Part shown: positions 25,150 through 36,400 of the stretch, one piece after another
Layout of the letters: the number at the start of each line of letters is the position of its first letter
Position numbering within the stretch: the stretch's first letter is position 1
Source: Neoechinorhynchus agilis
Taxonomy: Eukaryota > Animalia > Acanthocephala
Assembly: GCA_051530055.1 (NCBI GenBank)
Contig: CM121341.1
Span: 2,136,638-2,200,637, forward strand
Length of the DNA stretch: 64,000 bases
Direction: 5' to 3'
Position numbers and translations under genes: made by a program
Notes under the pieces: generated by a model
What the model was told of the DNA's origin: nothing
The model's input: the letters and a program-made list of their open reading frames with translations, nothing else
Databases searched by the model: none

Positions 25150-25690
25150 CAGACCGCTTCGGCGGAACCACCACAAACGAACTATTTCGGTTGATATGGA
25201 CGCTGCATTCAGACGAATTTTTGGCGTTACCGAGAGACAATGGCAAATTTCGTTCACTAGTGGACAACTTACTCCTTTTAAGAATCAAGAAAAAATGTGG
25301 CTATCTGCAGATAAGAAGTTCTACGTCCGATCAATCACAAGTGAGGATGTTGCCAATCAACAAATGGGCTTGCCGAAAGATTTGTGCAAACAATGAAAAA
25401 CAGAGTTTCGAAACGGGGAGCCGATCTGAAGAAGACCAACCTTCATGATTTCTTACAAGTGTATCGAAATACCCTGCACTCGACCACCGGTATGAGCCCG
25501 TCCGAAGCTATGATCGGGAGAAGGATTCCAACGATTTTCGATAATTGGAGGCATTGCCTCAAAAATTACCATGAACGCAGGTCAGACAAATTCAAAGAGT
25601 ACCATGACCGAAGGTCCGCAAAGGAAACAAACTTCGACGTAGGACTTCCAGTATGGTGGGGAAATGTGCGAACGGGAAGATGGCAGGAAG
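25150..25690 (+). mobile_element. Gypsy integrase fragment
   Basis: FRRIFGV...DNG; STNGLAERFVQTMK; FLQVYRNTLHSTTGMSPSEAMIGRRIPT. Confidence 0.8.
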
Positions 25691-26830
25691 CAACGACCAA
25701 TCGCTTTCGCCCTTGCAGTGAATCCAATAGCGCACTCTCTCCACTCCAGCTTTAATGCTTGGTACTTGGATGACGCTACGCTCAGAGGTGATCCCTCCGC
25801 AGTAATGCGCGATCTGGAGACAGTCGTAAGGGAGACTGAGATTGAGCGTTGACCTCAATGCATGGAAATGCAAATTGTTGGTAATGAACATTGAACACGA
25901 GTCAGCGCAGAGCGAAATCGTCAAAGGTTTTAGAAATCTCGCAACCGGTTTAGAATTGATCACTCTAGGCCGGCTGAGTCTTCCAGGGAGCTGCGTTTTT
26001 AGGATCATTCGAAGGGAGTCGGGATCTGATAAAACGTATATTGGGACCCAAGTTCTGTTTAGCGGACGAATTTCTAGTGGCAGTCCAGGAATAGTGGGAG
26101 AAGAAGGTTTACAACCAAGTTCCCGTGAATCACCTAAAGCAGTCTATTTGGGATAAACTTTTAGTCGCCCAAGCTAATGGTTCTCTAATCTCAGGCTCTT
26201 GCGACGAAGTTGACCGGGCTAGATTGTTGGCAGTCTCTACAAGAGAATCAGGAGCATGGTTAGAAGCCCTACCCATTGCATCATGGGAACACTAATCGTA
26301 TACGAAGCAGTTCGGATCGGAGTGCCCCTCAGATTAGGTCTACCGATTTGTGTCGAACATCGTTGCCGGTGTGGAATGATCGTGGATCCACTGGGGAGAC
26401 ATGGTCTTGTTTGCAACAAATCAGGAGGCCGTTTCTAACGGCATGCTAAATTGAACGACGTAATTTCGCATGCCCTAAATACGGTGAACGTCCCAAACAT
26501 TTTAGAGCCAAGAAACCTGTTCGGGTTGGATGGTCGTCGTCCGGATGGCGTCACCGTATTCCCGGTGTAGACACGTTCGCGGCAAGTAACAGGAGGTTTG
26601 TAGTGCAGTCTCCAAGGGGGAGCGGCTACTGCCGCGGAGGACCGAAAGGTGGCGAAATATAAAGAATTAAGTAGGTCTCACGTTTTTGTATCCTTTGGAG
26701 TGGAGACTCTTGGTGCGCTCGGTAACTCGGCACTTAGATTTACGAAGGAGTTATCGAGTAGACTCCAGGCCAAGACAGGAAATACAAGAGCTGGTGCCTT
26801 CCTACGCCAACTGACTGAGTTTGACATTTC
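25690..26830 (+). mobile_element. CRE-clade relic (RT YLDD through REL)
   Basis: FALAVNPIAHSLHSSFNAWYLDDATLRG; RARLLAVSTRESGAWLEALP; EHRCRCG; DGRRPDG; AAEDRKVAKY; FGVETLGALG. Confidence 0.85.
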
Positions 26831-26838
26831 GTAGTTGT

Positions 26839-26911
26839 GTCGAGGAGGTCAAGTGGACTAATGCCCGTGATCCCGATTAGGGGTCAAGTGGTTCGAATCC
26901 GTTACCACCAA
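26839..26911 (+). ncRNA. tRNA-derived SINE head (Pol III A and B boxes)
   Basis: A-box-like AGGTCAAGTGG at 26846 and perfect B box GGTTCGAATCC at 26890, 44 nt apart as in a class I tRNA. T-arm pairs; acceptor stem does not, so not a functional tRNA. Confidence 0.7.
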
Positions 26912-26926
26912 TGACGCACAGCCAAA

Positions 26927-26996
26927 GGGGACGAAATACCGCTGAAGGGAGGAAACTCACTGATGAGTCCCGCCTCCTGGAGGTATCCGAGGATCC
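26927..26996 (+). ncRNA. Candidate hammerhead ribozyme with non-circularly permuted strand order
   Basis: GGGAC-GAAA-TACC (26928-40) ... GGA-AA-CTC-A-CTGATGA-GTCCC (26951-71) ... GGTA-T-C-C-GAG-GA-TCC (26982-96). Stems I, II and III all pair. Confidence 0.6.
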
Positions 26997-27164
26997 GGAG
27001 GAATGTACAAACTCTTAACCGTGCATTAGATACTATGTGGTTATATCACTTCTCTGATGCAATTGGTTTGGCTTTATGCCTAAATAAATAAGCCGGACAA
27101 GAAAGGGATTGACTAAAATTGAATGATCATAACATACCGGCTTGCCAGTAAAACTTAAAAAATA

Positions 27165-28045
27165 TGAATCGTTTCTCGTCTTTTTGATCACTTTTTCGCT
27201 GATTGAAATATTTGAGTTTACTCTTAAAGAGGATACCGCATCTACCAAGAAATCCATTTCCTTTCGTCGACTTTCAATCTCCTGATCGTGACAATTAACG
27301 ACTTTCACGAGTTCAGTAAGTTTTTCTTTAAGCTCTTCTTCCTCGAACATTTCCATGACAATCTTTGAATGTCGCCGAGAGTTTTTAGAAAAGCTGAATT
27401 GTGAGCGTGAGTAAATATTCGTGATCGACTCCGAGACATTTTTCGCTTATTTTTGCTAGAAGTGTTTTGCGATATTTGAATTTTTAGGCTTGAGGAATTT
27501 GAATATGATTGTGTTGATTGAGATTTTTCAACATCTTTTTCCTTGTTCAGATTGTTGAAAAAGTCCCGAACTTGATTTCGGAGCTTAATCAAACTGTTTG
27601 TCGTTGGACCGCGATTATTGTTCCGTTTTGGTCGCTTTCTAGATTTTCCACTTTTCTTATTGTCGATTGGTTTTTCGCGCTTTAGAGCCATTGAGTTTTG
27701 TTTGTATCATAAAAACCAACGTGCAACAAATTTTTAACGATCATAGGAGTAAAAATACTGGAAAGTAGGTGAATCTGCGCTTTTTTAGAGATTGACCAAT
27801 AAGAATACAGATATATTAATTAGTCTTAAAAAACCGCATTGTAGAAAAGTATTTGAGACTCACAACGCTTGTATAAAGGTATAAAAATAACACGTTTATT
27901 TGTTTGTTAATTAACAAGAGTTGGACCATGTACCTTTGGGTCTTCATAAACACTCGAGTTCCCAGTTTTATGCAAGAAATCGTCGACGCCGTCCTCGACC
28001 TCCCTTGTCGTCGACTTTCATCCTCCGGATCAATCATTTACATTG
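27165..28045 (-). pseudogene. Gene C/D block, copy 2 (3'-truncated, 1-bp deletion in gene C)
   Basis: ORFs 27305-27691 and 27033-27356 join if the A present in copies 1 and 3 (GCTTTTACTAAA) is restored. Confidence 0.65.
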
Positions 28046-28055
28046 CGGATCACTT

Positions 28056-28645
28056 CTTTATGAAATATAGTAAAAAACAAAACTTCGTTGAACAAATTGC
28101 AGATGGAAAATCAAGTATTATTTCACAAGCTTTTTAAAGAGAGCGAGAGATTAAATGGCGGCATTTATACTTGAGAATCGAGGACAAGAATATTTTTCTC
28201 ACATTTTGTGGAATTTTACGCAACGATATTTTTGAAGATTGAACTGTTCATATTTCGTTGTAGCGGAGGAAAATTCTGAAAAAGAAGCGGATTTAGATTA
28301 AGGTACGTTTTTAGAACATGGAATTCAATAGATAATAACACGATTATTTGTTAATTGACAACGCAGAGGAACAATGTACCTTAGAAATATCTTTACTTCG
28401 GGAGTTTTCGTTATCTTATGGCTTCCTTATGAAATATAGTTAAAAATAAAACTTGATTGAACAAAATGTGGATCTAAAATCAAGTACTATTTCACAAGCT
28501 TTTTTGAGAGAGAGAGATTAAGTGGCAACATTTATACTTTAGAACCGAGGACAATAATATTTTTCTAACATTTTGTGGAATTTTACGCAGCGATATTTTT
28601 GAATATTGAACTGTTCATATTTCGTTATGGTGGAGGAAAATTCTA
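28056..28645 (+). repeat. Two ~220-bp AT-rich direct repeats, ~367 bp apart
   Basis: TTATGAAATATAGT...GAGGAAAATTCT at ~28056-28278 and ~28423-28644. Confidence 0.85.
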
Positions 28646-29900
28646 GAGCCACCGAAGTATCGGATTCATTGCCTTATTTAAATTGCCCCCCATAACAAAA
28701 TTCGATTCCGTGAATGCCGCAAAAAAAGTATTTATTTAAAGAAAATAGTTTACATATCAGAAAAGTGCCACTGGGCAAAGCACCATAAAGTTTTTTACCT
28801 TAGAAAATGGTTGGTCACAACAACATATGATCCCAGGGTGACCAACTATTTTATCCGAGAATCAGTATCGCGATTCAAAAGGGAATGCTGAACTTTATTG
28901 CGTAACGAACCAATCCTATTTAAAATTAAAATTGAATGGAGTATAGTGCGCATTTATTGGATACAAAGCATTAGACAGGTCGTTTCGCTGTCAATTTAAA
29001 TTGCAAAGTCCATTTTTGCGAGTGGGTTAACAAAATATTCATAGTTAACGGATAAAGGGAGAATGTGAAAAAAATTCATGAAATGTATTTAAGGCGTCAA
29101 GGAGTCAAAAAAACATGAGTTTTTGTAGCTTACTGCTGCTTAAGAATAAACTACACAATTTTCCGGTTAATTATTAATACTATTCTCCACATAAACAAGC
29201 GCTATTGAACATTTAGCACGACACATTTGATGATAAATCGTGTACAAAATCGGTTGCGAGAATCACTGAGAACATTTTTTGCTGATGATCCTAGGAAGCA
29301 AATGCTTAACAGGAAAAGGATTAAGAGCTAATTCCTTATTCAATTCTATAGAATTTATTAACCCTCAAAATAAATTACGCTCATTTTATTTTTAAATGTA
29401 CGAAGAATGATTGGAATTAATGAAACGGTGAAAATTATAAATGACAAAATTATTGCTCTTAAGGTTAAAACGGATCACCTAAACCTTTTAGTTCTTCTTA
29501 AATGATATCCTTGTTGAATGCGTTGAACTTTGCTATAAAGCTACTCTTGGGAAGAGCATCTCAACGTGCAATTTAGGTCCGTTCCTAAAGAAAAACTATG
29601 TCAAGATTTAGGACGCCATTTTGGTCTAAAATTTGCTCCCATCTTTTTGGTAGGACTGCAATAGACGAACACAAAAACTAGCACGAGTAAGTTTGTAGCA
29701 TTTAAATGAGTTCGTTGATCACCGTGTGAAGTCCAGTCATATATTTAACTTAGCTGTAATATCCCCCAACCGCCAATAAGCTTTAAATTTACGCTAGAAT
29801 CTAATTTATCTAAGAGATGCGCAACACTATTTGCAGCACAACTCAAGATTGCACTTGGAATATGCAATCTTCTACTAAATGTTGCTCTAAAACGTTGATT

Positions 29901-30929
29901 TCAATTTTGTCCAGTAAAAGGAGGATCGTTCGAAGATCTACTATTAGGTTCAAAGGCTTGATCTCTTGCTTCGTTTTGTACTGGAAATTGAAATTCAGTC
30001 ACTTCACTTGCATTTAAATAATTCTGAGGAGCACATTGGTCTTGATAGGAAATCTGTACGTTTTGTGTAGGTTGTTGCTGATTGAAATTAAACTCGTTAT
30101 TTGGTTGATAGAATTGCATTGTCTGTGGAGTATTTTGGTAAGCGCTTTGGCCTGCACAAAATCCATTAGGGTACTGTTGAGCATTTTGAGCGTATCCATT
30201 GTTGAAAAACTGTTGTTGGACCAACTGTTGCCCTTGATATCCATAAGTCGGATTTGTTGCCACATTCGTGTAAACTTGCGGATTTGTAAGTACTGCGGTC
30301 GAATTGTACGCGTTTAAAGGCGGTTGGAATCCGAATTCCGGGTTTTGCTGGTCGAAATAGGCAAAAGTATTTTGACCGATGCCGGCATTTATATCCGCAG
30401 GCGGTACATTTAGTTGATCGTTAAAAATAAATCCATTAGTGTTCGCCGGATTGTTTATGAATGGATTATTTTGGAGGTCGAAAGTGGCATCGCATTGCTG
30501 TGAATGATCGCGTGTATTTTTCGGACGACAGGCATCCACGACCTCTTGATCCCCTGTGAATGAACCAATACTTCGTTTTCTATTCGTTACTACTCTGTAA
30601 TTTGGATTAATAGCCCAAAACGAGGGTCTTTTACGATTGGTAGGTGGAAACCGATAAAACTTTGCATGAATGGAGAGATTGTGGCGGATGGCGTTTTTCC
30701 ATTGTTTGCAAAGAGGAAACCGTTGTCGCTGTCTGAAGTATTCAAAGTTTCTAAGGATCCAAATATAGATGCCCTGGAGAGTTAGACAACCTTGAAGGCT
30801 GCTTCCGATAGCCATAGTGATTAAATCTTTGTAAGTATAAGGACCCCATGGATTGCACCGTTTGATTTTCTCGTCTTCCCTTTTACTCATGGTCATTTCG
30901 AGATCAGTGAATAGATACTTAATGAACAA
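29901..30929 (-). CDS. Divergent forkhead transcription factor, FoxO-like domain with Q/N/F-rich tail
   Basis: NPWGPYTYKDLITMAIGSS...LTLQGIYIWI...YF...WKNAIRHNLSIHAKF...FWAINP. The N.WG/Y.DLIT.AI.SS start matches FoxO. Single open frame; true ATG probably ~30 codons into the track ORF or less. Confidence 0.9.
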   Translation of the reverse strand: MFIKYLFTDLEMTMSKREDEKIKRCNPWGPYTYKDLITMAIGSSLQGCLTLQGIYIWILRNFEYFRQRQRFPLCKQWKNAIRHNLSIHAKFYRFPPTNRKRPSFWAINPNYRVVTNRKRSIGSFTGDQEVVDACRPKNTRDHSQQCDATFDLQNNPFINNPANTNGFIFNDQLNVPPADINAGIGQNTFAYFDQQNPEFGFQPPLNAYNSTAVLTNPQVYTNVATNPTYGYQGQQLVQQQFFNNGYAQNAQQYPNGFCAGQSAYQNTPQTMQFYQPNNEFNFNQQQPTQNVQISYQDQCAPQNYLNASEVTEFQFPVQNEARDQAFEPNSRSSNDPPFTGQN

Positions 30930-31589
30930 AGATTCGACTCTCTAAACCCATCTTTTTTTATTCGAAAGCATAGATCAAACTGTACTTTCTATATTGATGC
31001 ATCATAAATTGCATTTTTAATTATCAAGATTGCTTTAATGTTCAGAAGCGTGAAAGTTAACAAATGTGCAATCGTATTGTCTTTTTTACGACAATTTTCC
31101 TCGGTTTAAATAGCTACAATTTACTGGACATTTACAAATACCATTTTGCAACAATAAAGAAGCCAATGAATGCATTGACCCAAAGGAGAACAACGCATTC
31201 GAAAAGTATGTTCATAACTTCAAACTGAAATCAATATTGAAAGAAATAATCGGCCGAAAATTCTTCATGATAAGATTGCATGCGTTGCTTGGGGAAATGG
31301 CTTTTTTGTTTAATCTAAATTTTCAAATTTAAATATTTTTTTGAATAAAATTTGTCATATACGGAAAGTATTATCGCGTGACACGTTTTCCTAATTGTCT
31401 GCTCCCTTAGTCGCTATTTTGCAATACTTTAATTTTATAATATTGCATTTTTTAATTACTAAAAGCTTAACCACTTGCTTTCTTATTAATTAATTAAAAA
31501 GTAGTAAAATTATTTATAACGGGCATAAATTACTGATTTTACAAATAACGTTATTTTTGTGGTGATCGATTTCATTGTGTTCCGGGTGT

Positions 31590-32735
31590 TAAATCACAAG
31601 ATGTTATTTAGCTTCAATTTTTATTGTCCGATTTAATGCTAAACGTAGACAATTTCTCCGTTAAAAGGTCAATTTCCCTTTTCTTTTGTTCGAGTTTTTG
31701 GTTCTCGGTAGTATCTTGAATTGTAAGGGTCGAAAGCCGATCGAATAGCTCATGTTCCGTAAATGAATCCTCAATCCCAGTTAAATGACTTTTTATCTTG
31801 ATCGTTACATTTTGAACTTAATAGACCTAAACAATTTCTTTTATCTGTCTTAGATCGATAAATTGGTTTTTTTGAATCGTTTCTTGTCTTTTTGATCACT
31901 TTTTCGCTGATTGAAATATTTGAGTTTACTCTTAAAGAGGATACCGCATCTACCAAGAAATCCATTTCCTTTCGTCGACTTTCAATCTCCTGATCGTGAC
32001 AATTAACGACTTTCACGAGTTCAGTAAGTTTTTCGTTAAGCTCTTCTTCCTCGAACATTTCCATGACAATCTTTGAATGTCGCCGAGAGTTTTTAGTAAA
32101 AGCTGAATTGTGAGCGTGAGTAAATATTCGTGATCGACTCCGAGACATTTTTCGCTTATTTTTGCTAGAAGTGTTTTGCGATATTTGAATTTTTAGGCTT
32201 GAGGAATTTGAATCTGATTGTGTTGATTGAGATTTTTCAACATCTTTTTCCTTATTCAGATTGTTGAAAAAGTCCCGAACTTGATTTCGGAGCGCTTTTT
32301 TAGAGATTGACCAATAAGAATACAGATATATTAATTAGTCTTAAAAAACCGCATTGTAGAAAAGTATTTGAGACTCACAACGCTTGTATAAAGGTATAAA
32401 AATAACACGTTTATTTGTTTGCTAATTAACAAGAGTTGGACCATGTACCTTTGGGTCTTCATAAACACTCGAGTTCCCAGTTTTATGCAAGAAATCGTCG
32501 ACGCCGTCCTCGACCTCCCTTGTCGTCGACTTTCATCCTCCGGATCAATCATTTACATTCCGATCCATCATCTAATAAAAATTCCGGATCCGCCATCCAC
32601 ATTCCGGATCCATAATCCGTTCCAGATTCCGGATTCGTCATCCACTCCATGTTCACAAGGTAAAATGTGCTATTATTAAATGCGGTTCGGTCAGGTGGGA
32701 ATATCCTGTCGGTGATGTCCGCTCTAGTGGACGGA
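31590..32735 (-). pseudogene. Gene C/D block, copy 3 (start of gene C deleted; only copy with the 3' end)
   Basis: Deletion junction at ~32293 (CGGAGC|GCTTTTT); an extra 3' segment TGIEDSF...KLEQKKREIDLLTEKLSTFSIKSDNKN* followed by AATAAA. Confidence 0.6.
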
Positions 32736-33475
32736 TTCAGAAAAATAGATTTATCTTGAAAATTTTCAGCCTTTTCGTTGGCCTTCTTCAGTCAATTGTT
32801 TTGTAAGTGTTTACGAAAAATTTTTTCAAGAAAAGGGAGAACAATCGATATTCTTTTGATTTTTTTCCCCGATTTATTTATTCAATCAATCTTCATTTTT
32901 CGACAATTAACACACTCACCACCTCCCGCCGAATTCCAGCTTTTGTCCTTCCTCGACCGTCGCCATCACGCTGGTAGCATCGCCCCGTTGTACTGCTAAA
33001 TCTATTTTTCTGAATAAACCATCGCTAGTTAAAACTGAAACTATAATGAAGAATATCTTTACAATGCTCATGAAGTTTATATTTTTGAAGGAAAGAACAA
33101 CGAACGTCAGAATCTTATAAAATTTTAATTATTTATGAAGTATAAAAATCACGAATTATTTGAATTTGCGCGCTAGCAAGCACGGCGATAATTTATATTG
33201 AAAATCCTTCTTTTAAGTTTTTTTTATAAAAATTCGCACTGAGTTTATTTACGTCTTCTCATTTCTCGATCACTTGATTCGCCGCCGTACATTCATTCTC
33301 AGAAAATCTAACCTTTCCGTTATTTAGGTCTTATCGAAATACTTAATAAATGGTTTAAAACTGAATAATTCATGTTATTATTATGGCCGAAAATTGAAAT
33401 TAACGATTTTCCATTTTTTTCGTCTCCCTTATTAATTCGCGCTTTTGAACGTAAATTTCTATGCTCCGAATGGTT
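32735..33475 (+). repeat. Direct duplicate of ~24130-24670, with a CRE 3'-end fragment inside the HH-B foldback
   Basis: Colinear match. 32900-33000 matches 38570-38650 (CRE 3' end, minus strand). Confidence 0.8.
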
Positions 33476-33478
33476 TTC

Positions 33479-36400
33479 TTGGTGATTTTGGAAAAGGTTG
33501 GAAAAGACGGTGTTGGTGTGTTAGCGGAACCAAAAATTTGCCCTTTTTATTTTTTGTTAAATATATATACTCAACGCGCCAATCGATACAACGAATCACT
33601 TTGCCGTAAACACAACGCCTCGATCGATACAACGCATCGAGCTGTCGTAAGAGACGGGGTAGCCGTTGGTGAGGGATTAGGGTAAAATAAAGATGTAGTA
33701 AAGTTTAGAGATAACGGACGAAGGGACTCCTAAATGGCGGAGTCGTTTTAGAAGATAAATTTTAACGGTATTGCGTCTGAGGGAAATTGTAATGTGCGAG
33801 TCCCATTTGACCCAGTCCTTTTAGTAAGTGACAGTATTTAAGGATTTGCAAATTCGATAGAGGAACGGTGCTATTTAGGTTGTGTGGTCGGAAGTTGCAT
33901 CTTTTGATAAAACAGTCTATTATCTAGCGAGAATATTCCTCATCTGATGAGCTCCATAGGGACCTATAAAAGGAAAATATGGATTCCGAACGGCATCAAT
34001 ATTAATGACTGTTCGAATGTTTAAGATCAAGTTTCCTGGAATGATTTGTTGTTTTATTTTGCTCAGCAGTTAAGATTCGTATATTGACCTACTCATTGAA
34101 TTCCCATGATGATTTTCCCAGAGCATCGCCAATAGTCTCTTACGTTTGTAGATGTAGTTCCTCATCTCGTTAATGCCAAATGTGACCACAGGAGCCGATA
34201 ATTCAGGATCTGATCATGGCACACTCAGAGATGAATCCTTGGTTATATCAGGGATTATGATTACTACATCTCCATTATTCGGAAGGATTTTCTCTGGGTG
34301 ATACATTGGTTATGAAAAATAATTTTCAGGTAGAAGATAAGGTTAAGGAGGAGTTAGAAATACTTAAAGAGGGGGTTGATAGTTTAAATAAGAAACTCGA
34401 GGAGAAGGATAAAATAATTTGTGATTTATTAAATATGGTTGCTTGGTCAAGAAGACGGAAAATAGTAAGGAGGTTGATGAGGTCATTAAACAGGCTCAGG
34501 ATAAATTGATGATGGGTAAGAGGTGTGCTTCGGGTGAAAAAGGGGATGAACCTGGTAATAAGGAGGATGGGTTGTCATCGTCTGGCCCGATTAGAAAGAT
34601 GGGCAGGCATATTAATGGTCCGCATAAAGGCCGCTTTCGCTAAATATTTTAAAATGTTTAATGTTAATTTACTTACTTTTATGACGAATAATTTTATATT
34701 AATTTCTTATAATGTGTCTAGAGCCTTGGGTTTGTAGGAGAATATTTGTTTAGCGGCTAGACTAGATGATGCGGACGTTATTTGCTTTCAAGAAACGGGA
34801 AATATGAATATTGTTAATAGAGGTTATTTGATGGCGGAGTGATCCATAATAATATTGGTTTCTCAGTTGGACTACAGTCTTATGTTCATAAGAGATTTAG
34901 TCCCAAGCTATTATTTCAGGTTAAGCACGTGTATTTTGCAGCCCAATTAATAGAGATTGAGGGGATGGGTGATTCATATCGTTTGAGTGGTAGATGGATT
35001 ATGGCTAATGTATATGTTGCGCCAAGAAGACTTACATGGTTTAAGAATACCAGAGAGGAGTGGTTCAAGACATGGGATTCCGACATTATTGTTGGTGACT
35101 TAAACTCCAACGGGTTGAGTGGCTTCTCACATTGGGAAGAAGAGTACATTTTTCACCTCACTCCTTTCCCATCATTTCATAATTTTACAAAATCTGTACA
35201 TTCTTTTTTGGACGTTTTTATATGTAAAAAAGAGTTAAATATTCAAGTGAGAGTTTTAGGGCAGTTTCTTGAACAACTTAGGATAGGATACGATTTGACT
35301 ATATTTCAGTTGGGAATAAAGGATCTTAAATCAAGAGTCGTTTGGAATGATGCGACCAGGTTAGTTAATTTTAACAATTGCTTGCGGGCTGATATTTGCA
35401 AATTTTCGACAGTAAATTTGGAGGACTTAAATAAGGTGATATCTGCAGCATGTTCAAGAAATTTAGTGATTTTTTCACATATAAGGCGGCATAGACCGTC
35501 GAATACGGCGCGGTCATTTTATCGTAGTGCAATAATTTGAAGGTTTGAGGGGCCGGTGGATGATTCGATTTTACAAAGAAATATTTATTGAAAGTACTAG
35601 GAGAAGTAGACTGAGAATAAGAGAGACTAGAGCCTTTTCTAGGAATTTCTGGAGTGTTATTCTAAATAGAAAGAGAACGGACTGGAAACTAAAAGCCTCA
35701 GATTGGATTGGGCCAGTCTCGTATCCAATAGTTGTGGAGCAAATTTTATTGAATCATATATTTGATATATCCTTAAAACCTACTTTTATTCCTTCGGATA
35801 ATTTCTCTCCCAGATGGAATTGTGAAATTAAGAAGTTTTTAGTTTTTTGGAAGGCGTCTTCGAAAGCATCAAACGAGTTGTCGGTATCACCGAAGATTTT
35901 CGATTTAGTTTGTCAAGATGTAAAAATCGAGATATTGAAGCGTATTTCAAATCGTGTAACTTTTGAGGACTTATGCAAGATTAATATAGTGAGGAAGGTC
36001 ATCATACCTAAAGTTAAAGGAAAGATTAAATCTCCGAGTGACATTAGGTTTATATCGATTCAAAACCCCATCATTTTTCTTATGGAGAAAGTAATAAACG
36101 ATGAATTAATGGGGATTCTCAGTAGAAGGGATCTTATTCCGAAATGTTTTCATGGTTTTGTACCGGGAAAGGGAGTGGGAACACTAATTAGTGAGTTATG
36201 TATTTTACAGAAATCGGTGCTTAAGGTTAATAAGGTTTTATTACAGGTTGATGTTAATAAGGCGTTCGACACTATTAGCAGGAATTTTATATATATAAGA
36301 ATTTTTAGACCTGAAGCTCCCCAAGAAGCTTCTTGGTTGTAATCAGTTTTTAATGGAATCAAAGGCATATTTTTTAGAGGTTGATCCGTTGAAAAGTCTT

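Noticed and set aside
26839-26911. Functional tRNA gene
   Set aside because: Acceptor and anticodon stems do not pair properly; kept as a SINE head.
33940-33970. CTGATGAGCTCC...GGGAC as a hammerhead
   Set aside because: No GAAA follows the stem; lies within the putative LINE ORF1.
33800-34300. Stop-codon reassignment suggested by TAA/TGA shared between both LINE-B copies
   Set aside because: The copies are recent relatives, so shared stops are expected. Host genes end in TAA, TAG and TGA and have no internal stops.
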